DNA from: Planctomycetota bacterium
GTDB taxonomy: Bacteria > Planctomycetota > UBA1135 > UBA2386
Assembly: GCA_046290465.1 (NCBI GenBank)
Contig: JBKAGP010000001.1
Location: forward strand, 5,952,001-6,016,000
DNA: 64,000 nt
Direction of reading: 5' to 3'
This document shows positions 50,524 through 60,848 of the stretch, one piece after another (position 1 is the first letter of the stretch; each line of letters begins with the position of its first letter). The translations under genes and the position numbers were made by a program. The notes beneath the pieces were generated by a model. That model was not told the DNA's origin, searched no databases, and worked only from the letters and a program-made list of their open reading frames with translations.

Positions 50524-50674
50524 GGTCGAGAGGGGGCGACCCGGGCGGGCGCGACGAGCATAGCAGCTGCTCGGCGTCGCGCGCGCGCGTCGGCGAGGCG
50601 GACGTGCGAAGCGCCGATCGGACCCGACGCAGGAGGCTGTCGGGACCGGGGCGCGGCGGCTAGTCTGCGTCGCA

Positions 50675-52171
50675 ATGGCGCGGAAGAATCCACCGCTCGC
50701 AGGGCGGGCAGTGCTGGCGGTCGTTCTGATGGTCGGCTTCTACCTGCTCGCTCTCGGGATCTGCGGTGTGCTAGCCTGGCTCTGCTACCTGGACACCCAG
50801 AGCGGTCGCATCCACGGCAAGCTGTGGTTGGTCGCGGCGATCACGATCGGCGCCGTGCTGTGGAGCGTGTGGCCGCGCCGCGCGGCCTTCCCGGACCCCG
50901 GCGTGCCGATGACGAAGCAGGACCAGCCCGAGCTGTGGCAGTTGGTCGAGTCGATCGCAGCTCAGTGCGACCAGGAGCCGCCGAAGCACATCTTCCTGGT
51001 GCCGGAGATCAATGCGTTCGTCGCCGAGCGCAACGGGCGCATGGGCTTCGGTGGCGAACGGATCATGGGGATCGGCCTGCCGCTGATGCAGGTGCTGACG
51101 CTGCCGCAGGTTCGCAGCGTGATCGCGCACGAGTTCGGCCACTTCCACGGTGGCGACACGCGGCTCGGGCCATTCATCTACAAGACCCGTGAGGCGATCG
51201 GCCGTACGGTCATCAACCTCACCAAGGCCGATTCGTGGCTCGGCAAGCCGTTCGAGTGGTACGGCACGCTCTACCTGCGCGCGACCTTCGGGATCTCGCG
51301 GGCCCAGGAGTTCGCCGCCGACGCGCTGTCGGTGCAACTGGTGGGCCTGGAGCCGGCGCAATCGTCACTGCGTCGCGTCAACGAGGTGGGCCCGCTCTAC
51401 GACCACTACCTCGAGCAAGAGTACTTCCCGATGCTCAACCGCGGCATCCGTCCGCCGCTCGCCGACGGGTTCGATGCGTTCCTCGAGTCCGAGACGATGC
51501 AGAAGGCGCAGGTCGAGCTCGGCGAGGGCGCGATGCAGGCCAAGGGCAACCCCTACGACAGCCACCCGCCCCTGTCCGAACGGCTTCGGGCCGCCGCCGA
51601 GGTCGAGGGCGCGGGATCCGAGACGTCCGCCGGCGCGCCTGCGATCGCGCTGCTGCACGACGTCGCCGAGGTCGAGGGCCGGTTGCTCGCATTCCTTACC
51701 GGTCGCGACGAGGTGCGAAACATCCCGGCGGCGGCGTGGACCGAGGCGGGCCGGGCGCACGCCGTCGGCTGGCACCAGTTCGCCGCCGCACAGGGCAAGA
51801 ACGTCCAGGCACTGCGCGCCGAGGAGTTCGTCGCCAGCGCGGCCGACCTCGCCTCGATCGCCAGGTCCGTCGATCGTGAGATCCCGTCCGAACATCGCAA
51901 GGACGCCGGCGCGTGGATGGTCGCCACGCTACTGGCGAGCGCGCTTGCGCGCGCGGGGTTCCAGGTGCGCACCGCGCCGGGCGATCCGTTGGACATGGTG
52001 CGAGGCGACGCGTCGTTCCGGCCGTTCGCGCTCGCGCACGAGCTGGTCGAGGGCAGTCTTGACGACGCCGACTGGCGCCGGCGCTGTGACGAGGCCGGCA
52101 TCACCGGGCTGGTGTTGTCGGGGCCGGACCTGAAGCCGTTCGCCGACGGTGAGACCAGGCTCCCGTCCTAG
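50675..52171 (+). CDS. M48 family zinc metallopeptidase (membrane)
   Basis: NAF, IAHEFGH, SRAQEFAAD, DSHPPLSER. Confidence 0.9.
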   Translation: MARKNPPLAGRAVLAVVLMVGFYLLALGICGVLAWLCYLDTQSGRIHGKLWLVAAITIGAVLWSVWPRRAAFPDPGVPMTKQDQPELWQLVESIAAQCDQEPPKHIFLVPEINAFVAERNGRMGFGGERIMGIGLPLMQVLTLPQVRSVIAHEFGHFHGGDTRLGPFIYKTREAIGRTVINLTKADSWLGKPFEWYGTLYLRATFGISRAQEFAADALSVQLVGLEPAQSSLRRVNEVGPLYDHYLEQEYFPMLNRGIRPPLADGFDAFLESETMQKAQVELGEGAMQAKGNPYDSHPPLSERLRAAAEVEGAGSETSAGAPAIALLHDVAEVEGRLLAFLTGRDEVRNIPAAAWTEAGRAHAVGWHQFAAAQGKNVQALRAEEFVASAADLASIARSVDREIPSEHRKDAGAWMVATLLASALARAGFQVRTAPGDPLDMVRGDASFRPFALAHELVEGSLDDADWRRRCDEAGITGLVLSGPDLKPFADGETRLPS

Positions 52172-52521
52172 CCCTCGAACACGTGCCGCCGCTGCGCGAA
52201 CTGCTGCACGCGTAGGTTGCTGACCTCGACGCCGTCCTCGGCGAGGTGCGCGGCCTGGCGCTCGGCCGCGTCCGGTTGCTGCGACAGGCGGCCGCCGGCC
52301 GCGACGCAGCGCCACCACGGCACGTCGCTGTCCGGAGGTACGGCGGCCATCGCGTAGCCGACGTGGCGCGCGACGTTCTTGCTGCCGAGTGCTGCGCCGA
52401 CGTCGCCGTAGGTGGTGACCGATCCCGCCGGCACCTGCCGCACGAGCGCGAACACCTGCTCGTGGAAGCCCGGCCCGACGATGCGTCTGGGGCCATGGCG
52501 GGCGGGGTCGTAGGGAGGCAT
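52168..52521 (-). CDS. alkyltransferase-like (ATL/YbaZ, MGMT family) protein
   Basis: VRQVPAGSVTTYGDV, ARHVGYAM, VPWWRCV (Trp in place of the catalytic Cys), LAEDGV. Confidence 0.88.
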   Translation of the reverse strand: MPPYDPARHGPRRIVGPGFHEQVFALVRQVPAGSVTTYGDVGAALGSKNVARHVGYAMAAVPPDSDVPWWRCVAAGGRLSQQPDAAERQAAHLAEDGVEVSNLRVQQFAQRRHVFEG

Positions 52522-52573
52522 ACGAATTCGGAGAAAGCGGCGGACGGCGCGAAACCGTGGGGCAACACGGGAC

Positions 52574-52613
52574 CCATACACCATGCCAGGGGACCCTTGA
52601 TTCGGGTGTATGG
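52574..52613. promoter_or_regulatory. 9-bp inverted repeat in the divergent promoter region
   Basis: CCATACACC (52574-52582) - 22 nt - GGTGTATGG (52605-52613). Confidence 0.35.
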
Positions 52614-52637
52614 ACTCCGTACGAAGACCGGCGAAGG

Positions 52638-54383
52638 ATGGCTACGGGAAGGAAGACCGGCGAGAAGGGGACCGCCGACACGCCGGGCGGTTCCCACCTG
52701 CCCCTGACGCTGGTCCAGGTGGCAGGCTACCTGCTGCCCGGTGTCGAGCTGAAGCAGTTCTTGCTGTGGCCTCCGGACCTGTTCGCCCTGACCAGCATGT
52801 CGCTGGACGTGTCAGGTGCCTACATCGCAGCGGTCGCAGATCGTCTCGATCTCGATCCCGAACGCGGCTTCTTGAGCCGCGCGTGGCGCGAGCAGGTGGA
52901 GCAGGCGGCGGCGCAGTGGCGCAGCAACCTCGAGGTCGCAGTCGTCAGCCAGTTCCTGCTGCACCGACGCCAGGCGAGACCGTTGGGGCGCACCGTCGCA
53001 GGTCGCATGAAGCAGTTCGTGCCCGACCTGGTCGAGCAGCTTTGGAAGGCCTTGCGCAAGGTCGTGACGCCGTTGGACCAAACCAAGGGCGGCCACACCG
53101 AGAGCATCAGCAAACTTAACCATGAGCCCAAACTCGCCAAGGCGCGTGAGGCCGTGCTGACGCTACATGCGATCGCCGATTCCGCGTGTGCCGGCTGGGG
53201 GGTCGCCGTGGCGGCGGATTCGGAGGACGACGACACTCCGGACCCGGCCGGCCACATCGTTCGACAGCACTTGCGGGACTTCCATACCCTGAGTTCGATC
53301 CACGCGGATCGCGGCGTCGTGTTGCCGAAACTGCACACGTCGCAGGTCGGCATGACGCTGCGTTCGCTGTCGCTGCACCTGTCGTTCCATCGCACCTCGA
53401 TGCCCATCAAGTTGGTCGAGCACGAGGTCGAAACGCGCGCGCCGATGAACGTGCTGTTGTTGCCGTGGCCGCTCGAGACACGCGCCCTTGATTTCAAGAA
53501 GGTCCGCAGGGATCCGGTCGTCCGAGAGGGGTTCGGCTACTTCTCGTACGAGCCGCGCTCGATGGAGATGCTCGCCAAGCTCGACGAGGTGCTGCAGAAC
53601 GCCAGGCGCGAGTGCGGCGGCGTGGACATGGTCGTGTTTCCGGAGTGCGCGATCGCCGAGACCAGCCTGCACGAGTTCGAGAAGGTGATGCAGGCGCACG
53701 ACGTCGGTTGCTACATCGCGGGGGTCCACAAGCCCCCTGGGGAAGACGGGCAGCTGGGCGAGAACCTCGCCGTCGTCAAGACTGGCGGCGCGGGTAGGGC
53801 CGCGTTTGCCAACTCGCTCTGCCGACAGCACAAGCATCACCGCTGGCGCTTGGATGCATCGCAGATCGTGGCCTACCAGCTCGGTGGCATCCTGGATCTC
53901 GACGAGAAGTGGTGGGAAGCGATCCGCATCCATGAGCGATCGGTCTCGTTCGTCTCACTCGGACCCGACATCACGTTGTGCCCGCTGATCTGTGAGGATC
54001 TGGCACGGCAGGAGCCGGTGTCCGAGATCCTCCGCAGCTTCGGCCCATCGTTGGTCGTGTCCCTGCTGATGGATGGTCCCCAGTACCGATCGCGATGGTC
54101 GGCGCAGTACGCCAGCGTGTTGGCGGATGATCCCGGCAGCTCCGTGCTCACGCTGACGTCTCTGGGCATGGTCAAGCGGTGGCGGTCCCCGTTCCTGGAG
54201 CGCCGTCCGATCGTTGCCCTCTGGAAGGACTCGTACGGGCCTGCTGTCGAGATCCCGCTGGAAGACGACAAGTACGGTGTGCTGCTGACCCTCAGTGCCC
54301 GGCGGAACAGCGAGTACTCCGCGGATGGCCGACGAGCCGATGGCAGGGTCACCATCACGCTGGGGGGCTGGCAGTCCGTGTAG
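52638..54383 (+). CDS. large atypical carbon-nitrogen hydrolase (nitrilase-fold) protein with N-terminal helical domain
   Basis: VDMVVFPE (Glu), QHKHH (Lys), LICEDLA (Cys) in nitrilase order; N-terminal WPPDLFA and LPK.HT.QVG.TLRSLS. Confidence 0.7.
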   Translation: MATGRKTGEKGTADTPGGSHLPLTLVQVAGYLLPGVELKQFLLWPPDLFALTSMSLDVSGAYIAAVADRLDLDPERGFLSRAWREQVEQAAAQWRSNLEVAVVSQFLLHRRQARPLGRTVAGRMKQFVPDLVEQLWKALRKVVTPLDQTKGGHTESISKLNHEPKLAKAREAVLTLHAIADSACAGWGVAVAADSEDDDTPDPAGHIVRQHLRDFHTLSSIHADRGVVLPKLHTSQVGMTLRSLSLHLSFHRTSMPIKLVEHEVETRAPMNVLLLPWPLETRALDFKKVRRDPVVREGFGYFSYEPRSMEMLAKLDEVLQNARRECGGVDMVVFPECAIAETSLHEFEKVMQAHDVGCYIAGVHKPPGEDGQLGENLAVVKTGGAGRAAFANSLCRQHKHHRWRLDASQIVAYQLGGILDLDEKWWEAIRIHERSVSFVSLGPDITLCPLICEDLARQEPVSEILRSFGPSLVVSLLMDGPQYRSRWSAQYASVLADDPGSSVLTLTSLGMVKRWRSPFLERRPIVALWKDSYGPAVEIPLEDDKYGVLLTLSARRNSEYSADGRRADGRVTITLGGWQSV

Positions 54384-54493
54384 TCGATCGGCCCGATGCG
54401 AAATGCCCGTCGAGCAACGGTTTCCGGTCCCTGCCGAAGGATTCGGCGTCACCGGCACGATACATTCACCGAGATCCCCTGTTCAGATCCTCC

Positions 54494-54913
54494 ATGGACA
54501 CCGCTCGCACACGAATGATGCTCGTCGAAGTCGCAACGACCTGGCTCGCAAAGCCAGATCGTGCGAGGCGCATGCTGGAAGACTTCGTGCACTACCTCGA
54601 GGTGCGCGACCGGCACGAGGATGCACAGTTGCTCCGGGGCGCCGGCGACAGCATGAGCAGCATCGTCGAGGACGCGCACGGGCTGCGCGACCACGCGGAC
54701 GAGCATGCGAACCTGGGCTACTTCATCTACAAGTCGATCGCCGCTGCGAATCCCGAAGAGCTCGGTCGAGAAGCCCTGGCCGGCTCGGTCGCCTTCCTGA
54801 CCGCGATCTTGAATCGGGTGCGCTCCCGCGCTCAGGGTGGCTGGAGCGACGAAGATCGAGCCAGGCTGGTCGAGTTTCGGTCGCTGCTGGCCGAACGTCT
54901 GCAAGCAGCCTAG
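54494..54913 (+). CDS. hypothetical alpha-helical protein (139 aa)
   Basis: Protein-like composition; co-oriented behind the nitrilase-fold gene. Confidence 0.6.
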   Translation: MDTARTRMMLVEVATTWLAKPDRARRMLEDFVHYLEVRDRHEDAQLLRGAGDSMSSIVEDAHGLRDHADEHANLGYFIYKSIAAANPEELGREALAGSVAFLTAILNRVRSRAQGGWSDEDRARLVEFRSLLAERLQAA

Positions 54914-55082
54914 GAGCGCGTCCATGTAGTGGACGCGCTGCCGACCGTGATCGCGGAAGCGGCGTGTACGCGTGCGGAAGGGGCTTTGCCCACTAGCGCG
55001 GCCGCGGGCGTCTCGGCACGGTTGGCGTCGTCTGCTCCCAGGAGGGGGACTGGTCCATTGGCGCCCCAATCGATGCGCGCCC

Positions 55083-56294
<1,212 letters not shown>

Positions 56295-56635
56295 GGGGCG
56301 AGCACGATAGTGTCGGAGCGACGCCGCCACCAGCGGTTCGGTGCGTCCGCGGGCGCGCGGGGGGCGAACGGCCGGGCCATGCCGCGACGTCGTCCGTCAG
56401 AATCTGCTGCGCGGCCGTCGCTGCGCGCCGCGCGGTCCTTTGCCGGCGCGGCCGACGCGTGCCCCGCCGCCGCGAAACGGACTGGTTCGACCCTGGCGCG
56501 GACGCGATGCTGGGGGGCGTCGACGGCCGACCCCGGCGACCTCACCGTGCGCATCCAGGATCCGACCAGCCAGCCGTTCGATCGCGAGTCCCGCGGGGTG
56601 CTCGTCGCGGGCTCGCGCGTCCGGGGGGCATCGGC

Positions 56636-57658
56636 GTGAGCGTGCGCCTGGTCGCGGTGGTCGGCGCCGGCGTCGCCGGGCTGTCGTGTGCGCAGCGGCT
56701 GCGGCGTGCGGGCCGGCACGTGGTGCTGTTCGACAAGGGGCGGCGGCCCGGCGGTCGCGTCTCGACGCGGCGCGCCGGGGAGCTGCGCTTCGACCACGGT
56801 GCCCAGTTCTTCACCGCGCGCGACCCTCGCTTCGCCGAGCTGGTCGCTCGACTCGAACGCGACGGCGCGGTGGCCCGATGGCAGGGGCCGTTCGCGACGC
56901 TGCGCGACGGTGAGCGCGGCGACGACCCGCGCCGCGACGCGGTGCGCTACGTCGGCACGCCGGGCATGTCGGGGCTGGCGCGCGTGCTGGCGGCGGACCT
57001 CGACGTGCGGGTCGGCGTGCGCGTCGACCGCGTGCTGCGCCACGGCGATGGCTACGTGCTCGAACTGCAGCCGCACGGCGACGACGCCGTGCGGCGCGAA
57101 GGGCCGTTCGACGAGGTCGTGGTCACGGCGCCGCCGCGGCAGGCGGCCGAACTGCTGCGCGACGTCGACGGCGACGCGCGGCTGGCGGCCGAGCAGCAGT
57201 CGGGGGCGCTGATGCCGAGCCTGTGCGCGATGGCCGCGTTCGAACGGCCGCTGCCAGGTGCCGACGGCGGCATGTTCGTGCTCGACGACGAGGTGCTCGG
57301 CTGGGCCGCGCACGACGGCGGCAAGCCGGGCCGCGGCGGGGCTTGGACCTACGTGCTGCACGGTGCGGCGGTCTGGTCGCTGGCCAACTACGAACGCCCG
57401 GCGGCCGACTATGCGAGAGACCTGCTGGCCGCGTTCGGGCGCGCCCTCGCGATCGACGCCGCGGCGATGCCGGCGCCAACGCACCTGACCGGCCACCGCT
57501 GGGGCTACGCGCTGGCGGCGGGGGATCCGCCGCCGCAGCCGTTCGTGCTGCAGCCCGACGGGCTGGCCGTCTGCGGCGACTGGCTCGGCGGCGGCCGCGT
57601 CGAGGGGGCGTTCGTCAGCGGGCTCGAGTTGGGGGACGCGCTAAGCTGCCGGTCATGA
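56636..57658 (+). CDS. renalase-like FAD-dependent oxidoreductase
   Basis: VVGAGVAG, DKGRRPGGR.STRR, FDHGAQFFT, HRWGYA, CGDW.GG.VEGAF.SG. Confidence 0.92.
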   Translation: MSVRLVAVVGAGVAGLSCAQRLRRAGRHVVLFDKGRRPGGRVSTRRAGELRFDHGAQFFTARDPRFAELVARLERDGAVARWQGPFATLRDGERGDDPRRDAVRYVGTPGMSGLARVLAADLDVRVGVRVDRVLRHGDGYVLELQPHGDDAVRREGPFDEVVVTAPPRQAAELLRDVDGDARLAAEQQSGALMPSLCAMAAFERPLPGADGGMFVLDDEVLGWAAHDGGKPGRGGAWTYVLHGAAVWSLANYERPAADYARDLLAAFGRALAIDAAAMPAPTHLTGHRWGYALAAGDPPPQPFVLQPDGLAVCGDWLGGGRVEGAFVSGLELGDALSCRS

Positions 57659-58860
57659 CGCAGGGACTGTTCGCGAACGGTCGCGGACGCGTGCTCGTGT
57701 TCTGCTGGCTCGGTTGGGTCTTCGACTTCTACGACCTGATCCTGTTCAGCTTCCTCAAGCACGGCATCGCCGACGAACTCGGCCTGCCGCTCGACGGGGC
57801 GGTGGCGTGGATCGAGGGCTGGTCGCTGCTGGCGACCGCGGTGGGTGGGTTCGCGTTCGGCCGCGTCGCCGACCGCATCGGCCGCCGGCAGGCGATGGTC
57901 TGCAGCATCGTCGTGTTCTCGCTCGGGGCGCTGTGGACCGGCATCGCCGACGGCTTCTGGTCGCTGCTCCTGGCGCGCATCGTGACCGGCCTCGGGGTCG
58001 GCGGCGAATGGGGGATCGGCCATGCGGTGGTCGCCGACTACTGGCACCAACGGCAGCGCGACCGCGTGCACGGGATCCTGCAGGCCGGCAGCCCGGTCGC
58101 GATGGCGCTGGCCGCGGCGGTCGCGTGCTTCGTCGCGCCGCTCGACGGGGTCGGCTGGCGCGCGGTGTTCGTCGGCTCGGCGGTACTCGGCCTGCTGGCG
58201 CTCGCGGGGCGCTGGGCGATGCCTGGCCCGGACCGCGCCGTGGCCGCCGGGGCCGCGGTGCCGGCGAGGCTGCTGTTCTCGCCGCCGCACCGACGCACGA
58301 GCGTGGTGCTGCTCGCGATCCTGACGCTGCACATGGCCGGCTTCTGGTGCGTCTACGCCGAACTGCCGGTGCGGCTGATCCGCGAGCACCGGGTGCCGAC
58401 CTCGCAGGTCGGCTGGTTCCAGATCCAGGTCAACAGCGTGCACGTCGTCGCCGACGTGCTGTTCGGCTACCTCGCGGCGCGGCTCGGCCGGGTGCGCATC
58501 TTCGTCGCGTTCTGTCTGGTGTTCGCCGCCGGCCAGGCGCTGGTGCTGGGCGCGCTCGACGACGTGCGGCAGGACTTCTCGACGTTCACGCTGGCGATCG
58601 CGCTGATGGGGCTCGGGGCCGGCACCTGGTCGTGCTTTGGCGCGCTGTTCGGGCAGCACTACCCGGCGGCGCTGCGCGCGACCGCCGCGGCGCTGTTCTA
58701 CGCGTTGGCGCGCGGCGTGCAGTTGCCGACCAAGCCGGCCATCGGCGCGGCGATGGCGGCGGCGGACTCGTTCGCGCCGGCGCTGTGGGTGGGCATCGCC
58801 TGCGCGCTCGGCTCGGCCGCGCTGGTGCTCCTGCTGCCGCGGCCGCGCGCGGCGGAATAG
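57655..58860 (+). CDS. MFS transporter
   Basis: GWVFDFYD, GRVADRIGRR, GLGVGGEW, YPAALRAT. Confidence 0.92.
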   Translation: MTQGLFANGRGRVLVFCWLGWVFDFYDLILFSFLKHGIADELGLPLDGAVAWIEGWSLLATAVGGFAFGRVADRIGRRQAMVCSIVVFSLGALWTGIADGFWSLLLARIVTGLGVGGEWGIGHAVVADYWHQRQRDRVHGILQAGSPVAMALAAAVACFVAPLDGVGWRAVFVGSAVLGLLALAGRWAMPGPDRAVAAGAAVPARLLFSPPHRRTSVVLLAILTLHMAGFWCVYAELPVRLIREHRVPTSQVGWFQIQVNSVHVVADVLFGYLAARLGRVRIFVAFCLVFAAGQALVLGALDDVRQDFSTFTLAIALMGLGAGTWSCFGALFGQHYPAALRATAAALFYALARGVQLPTKPAIGAAMAAADSFAPALWVGIACALGSAALVLLLPRPRAAE

Positions 58861-58867
58861 CGATCGA

Positions 58868-60085
58868 CTAGACGGCGGCCGGCTCGGGCTTGCGTTCGCG
58901 GAACAGCAGCACGAACACCACCAGGATCGCCAGGGCACCCAGGCACGGCAGCCACCAGATCTGGCCCCAGTCGACGACGGTCGACGCGCCTTCGCCGGTG
59001 GTGTTGTCGACGACGATGCCGGTCATGATCTGCGCGCCGAGATACATGCCGAGTCCCTGCGTCATGATGACCAGGAAGCTCTGCGCCTGGCCGCGGATCT
59101 CCGGCCGGGCCTGCCGGTCGACGTAGATCTGGCCGGTGACGAAGAAGAAGTCGTAGCAGATGCCGTGCAGCAGGATGCCGCCGAGCACCATCCAGGCGAC
59201 CGGCTCGGCGCCGGCGCCGAAGCTCCACAGGCCGTAGCGCACGACCCACGCGGCCATGCCGATCGCGAGCATCTTCTTGACGCCGAGCTTTGCGAAGCAC
59301 AGCGGCATCACCAGCATGAAGCCGACCTCGGCCCACTGCCCGAACGCCGTGTAGAAGCCCGGGTCCTCCCAGACCGTTCCGGCGAACTGGTTGCCGAAGC
59401 TGTAGTAGCCGGCCAGCGGGATGCAGATCAGGAACGAGCACAGCAGGAACACCACGAACGCCGGCCGCTTCATCAGTTCCAGCGCACCGAGGCCGAGCGT
59501 CTCGCTGACGCTGACCTGCTTGCCGGCGAGCGGCGGCGGCGTGCGCGGCAGGATCCAGCTGAGCACGGCCATCGCGATCGAGCTGTAGCCGGCGATCGTG
59601 AACATGATCGGGTCCTTGTCGCCGTCGAGCCCCTTGCTGACCAGCGTGACCGCGGCGATCCAGCCGAGCGTGCCGAACACCCGCGCGATCGGGAACTGGC
59701 GCTCCGGGTGCTCGATGTGCGTGAACGCGACCGTGTTCGACAGGCCGAGCGTCGGCATGTAGCACAGCATGTAGACCAGCACGTACCACTCGAACGCCGC
59801 CGCATCCTTGGTCTCGATCGAGCCCGGGATCAGCACCAGCATGGTGACGCCGCCGAGCAGGTGCATGATCGCGAGCACGCGCTGCGACGCGAAGAACCGG
59901 TCGGCGATCAGGCCGAGGAACAGCGGCGAGATCATCGCGGCGATCGGACCGGCCGAGTAGACCCAGCCGGTGGTCGACTGCTCCCAGCCCATCTCGGGCA
60001 CGAACGTGCCGGCGGTCACGTACCAACTCCCCCAGACGAAGAACTGGAGGAACATCATCACACACAGGAGAGGGAACTTCGGCAT
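58868..60085 (-). CDS. nucleoside:H+ symporter family MFS (NupG/YegT-like)
   Basis: MMFLQFFVWGSW, IADRFF, YMPT, RVFGTLGWI, GQWAEV, LHGICYDFFFVTGQIYVD. Confidence 0.93.
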   Translation of the reverse strand: MPKFPLLCVMMFLQFFVWGSWYVTAGTFVPEMGWEQSTTGWVYSAGPIAAMISPLFLGLIADRFFASQRVLAIMHLLGGVTMLVLIPGSIETKDAAAFEWYVLVYMLCYMPTLGLSNTVAFTHIEHPERQFPIARVFGTLGWIAAVTLVSKGLDGDKDPIMFTIAGYSSIAMAVLSWILPRTPPPLAGKQVSVSETLGLGALELMKRPAFVVFLLCSFLICIPLAGYYSFGNQFAGTVWEDPGFYTAFGQWAEVGFMLVMPLCFAKLGVKKMLAIGMAAWVVRYGLWSFGAGAEPVAWMVLGGILLHGICYDFFFVTGQIYVDRQARPEIRGQAQSFLVIMTQGLGMYLGAQIMTGIVVDNTTGEGASTVVDWGQIWWLPCLGALAILVVFVLLFRERKPEPAAV

Positions 60086-60209
60086 GGCCGGCCGATGATG
60101 GCGCGGCCGGGCTCGGGACACCAGCGGAGAGGTGCTGCGTGCCGGTGACGCCGTGTGGTTGGCGAGATATCGTCGACTTTCGACTCCGGTTTTCTCGCCG
60201 CACTCGCCC

Positions 60210-60848
60210 ATGAAGGAAGACGACGCCTCCGCGGCTGCTCGCGCAGCATCCGCGGCCCGCTCCATGTCCACTCCCTCTCCACAGCCGGACGGTCTACGGA
60301 CCGACCTGGACGCGTTCTGCACGCGCTGCTACCCGCTCGTCGAACGGCGGGTGCAGCGGTTGCTGTCGCGCGACATCCGGCGCAATCGTCCGTGGCTGGA
60401 TTCGGTGCTCAGCACGGGCGACGTCGTGCACGACGTGTTCCTCGGGGTCGTGCGGGACCACGGGGCGTTCCGCGGTCAGGCCGAGGCCTCGATGGTTGCC
60501 TATCTGGCGCGGCTGGTGCGCAACCGCCTGATCGACGCGGTGCGCTTCCACGAGGCGTCGGTTCGCGACCAGCGCCGCAACGAGCCGGTCGACCTCGATC
60601 GCCCCCGCAGCCAGCGGTCGCCCGGCGGTGAGGTCGTGCACGCAGAAGAGCTGCGGCAGTTCCACCGGGCCCTGGCATCGTTCGGCGAGCGCGAACGCGC
60701 GATCCTGCAGGCGCGGCTCGAGGACGCCATGCCGTTCGCGCACCTGGCCCGGACGTTCGGCTATCGCTCTGCGGACAGCGCGCGCAAGGCCTTCCACGCG
60801 CTGCAGGCGCGGCTGGTCGTGCGCATGCGCTCGGGGGGCGGCACGTGA
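60210..60848 (+). CDS. ECF-type sigma factor paired with a Ser/Thr kinase
   Basis: STGDVVHDVF, YLARLVRNRLIDAVR, ERERAIL; GTGA overlap with the kinase. Start 60210 or 60264. Confidence 0.82.
   Translation: MKEDDASAAARAASAARSMSTPSPQPDGLRTDLDAFCTRCYPLVERRVQRLLSRDIRRNRPWLDSVLSTGDVVHDVFLGVVRDHGAFRGQAEASMVAYLARLVRNRLIDAVRFHEASVRDQRRNEPVDLDRPRSQRSPGGEVVHAEELRQFHRALASFGERERAILQARLEDAMPFAHLARTFGYRSADSARKAFHALQARLVVRMRSGGGT

Noticed and set aside
56295..56639. tRNA/ncRNA (GGTTCGA) or small ORF between ispG and the oxidoreductase
   Set aside because: No cloverleaf can be built around GGTTCGA; the ~86-aa ORF has no recognisable features, so it is left uncalled.
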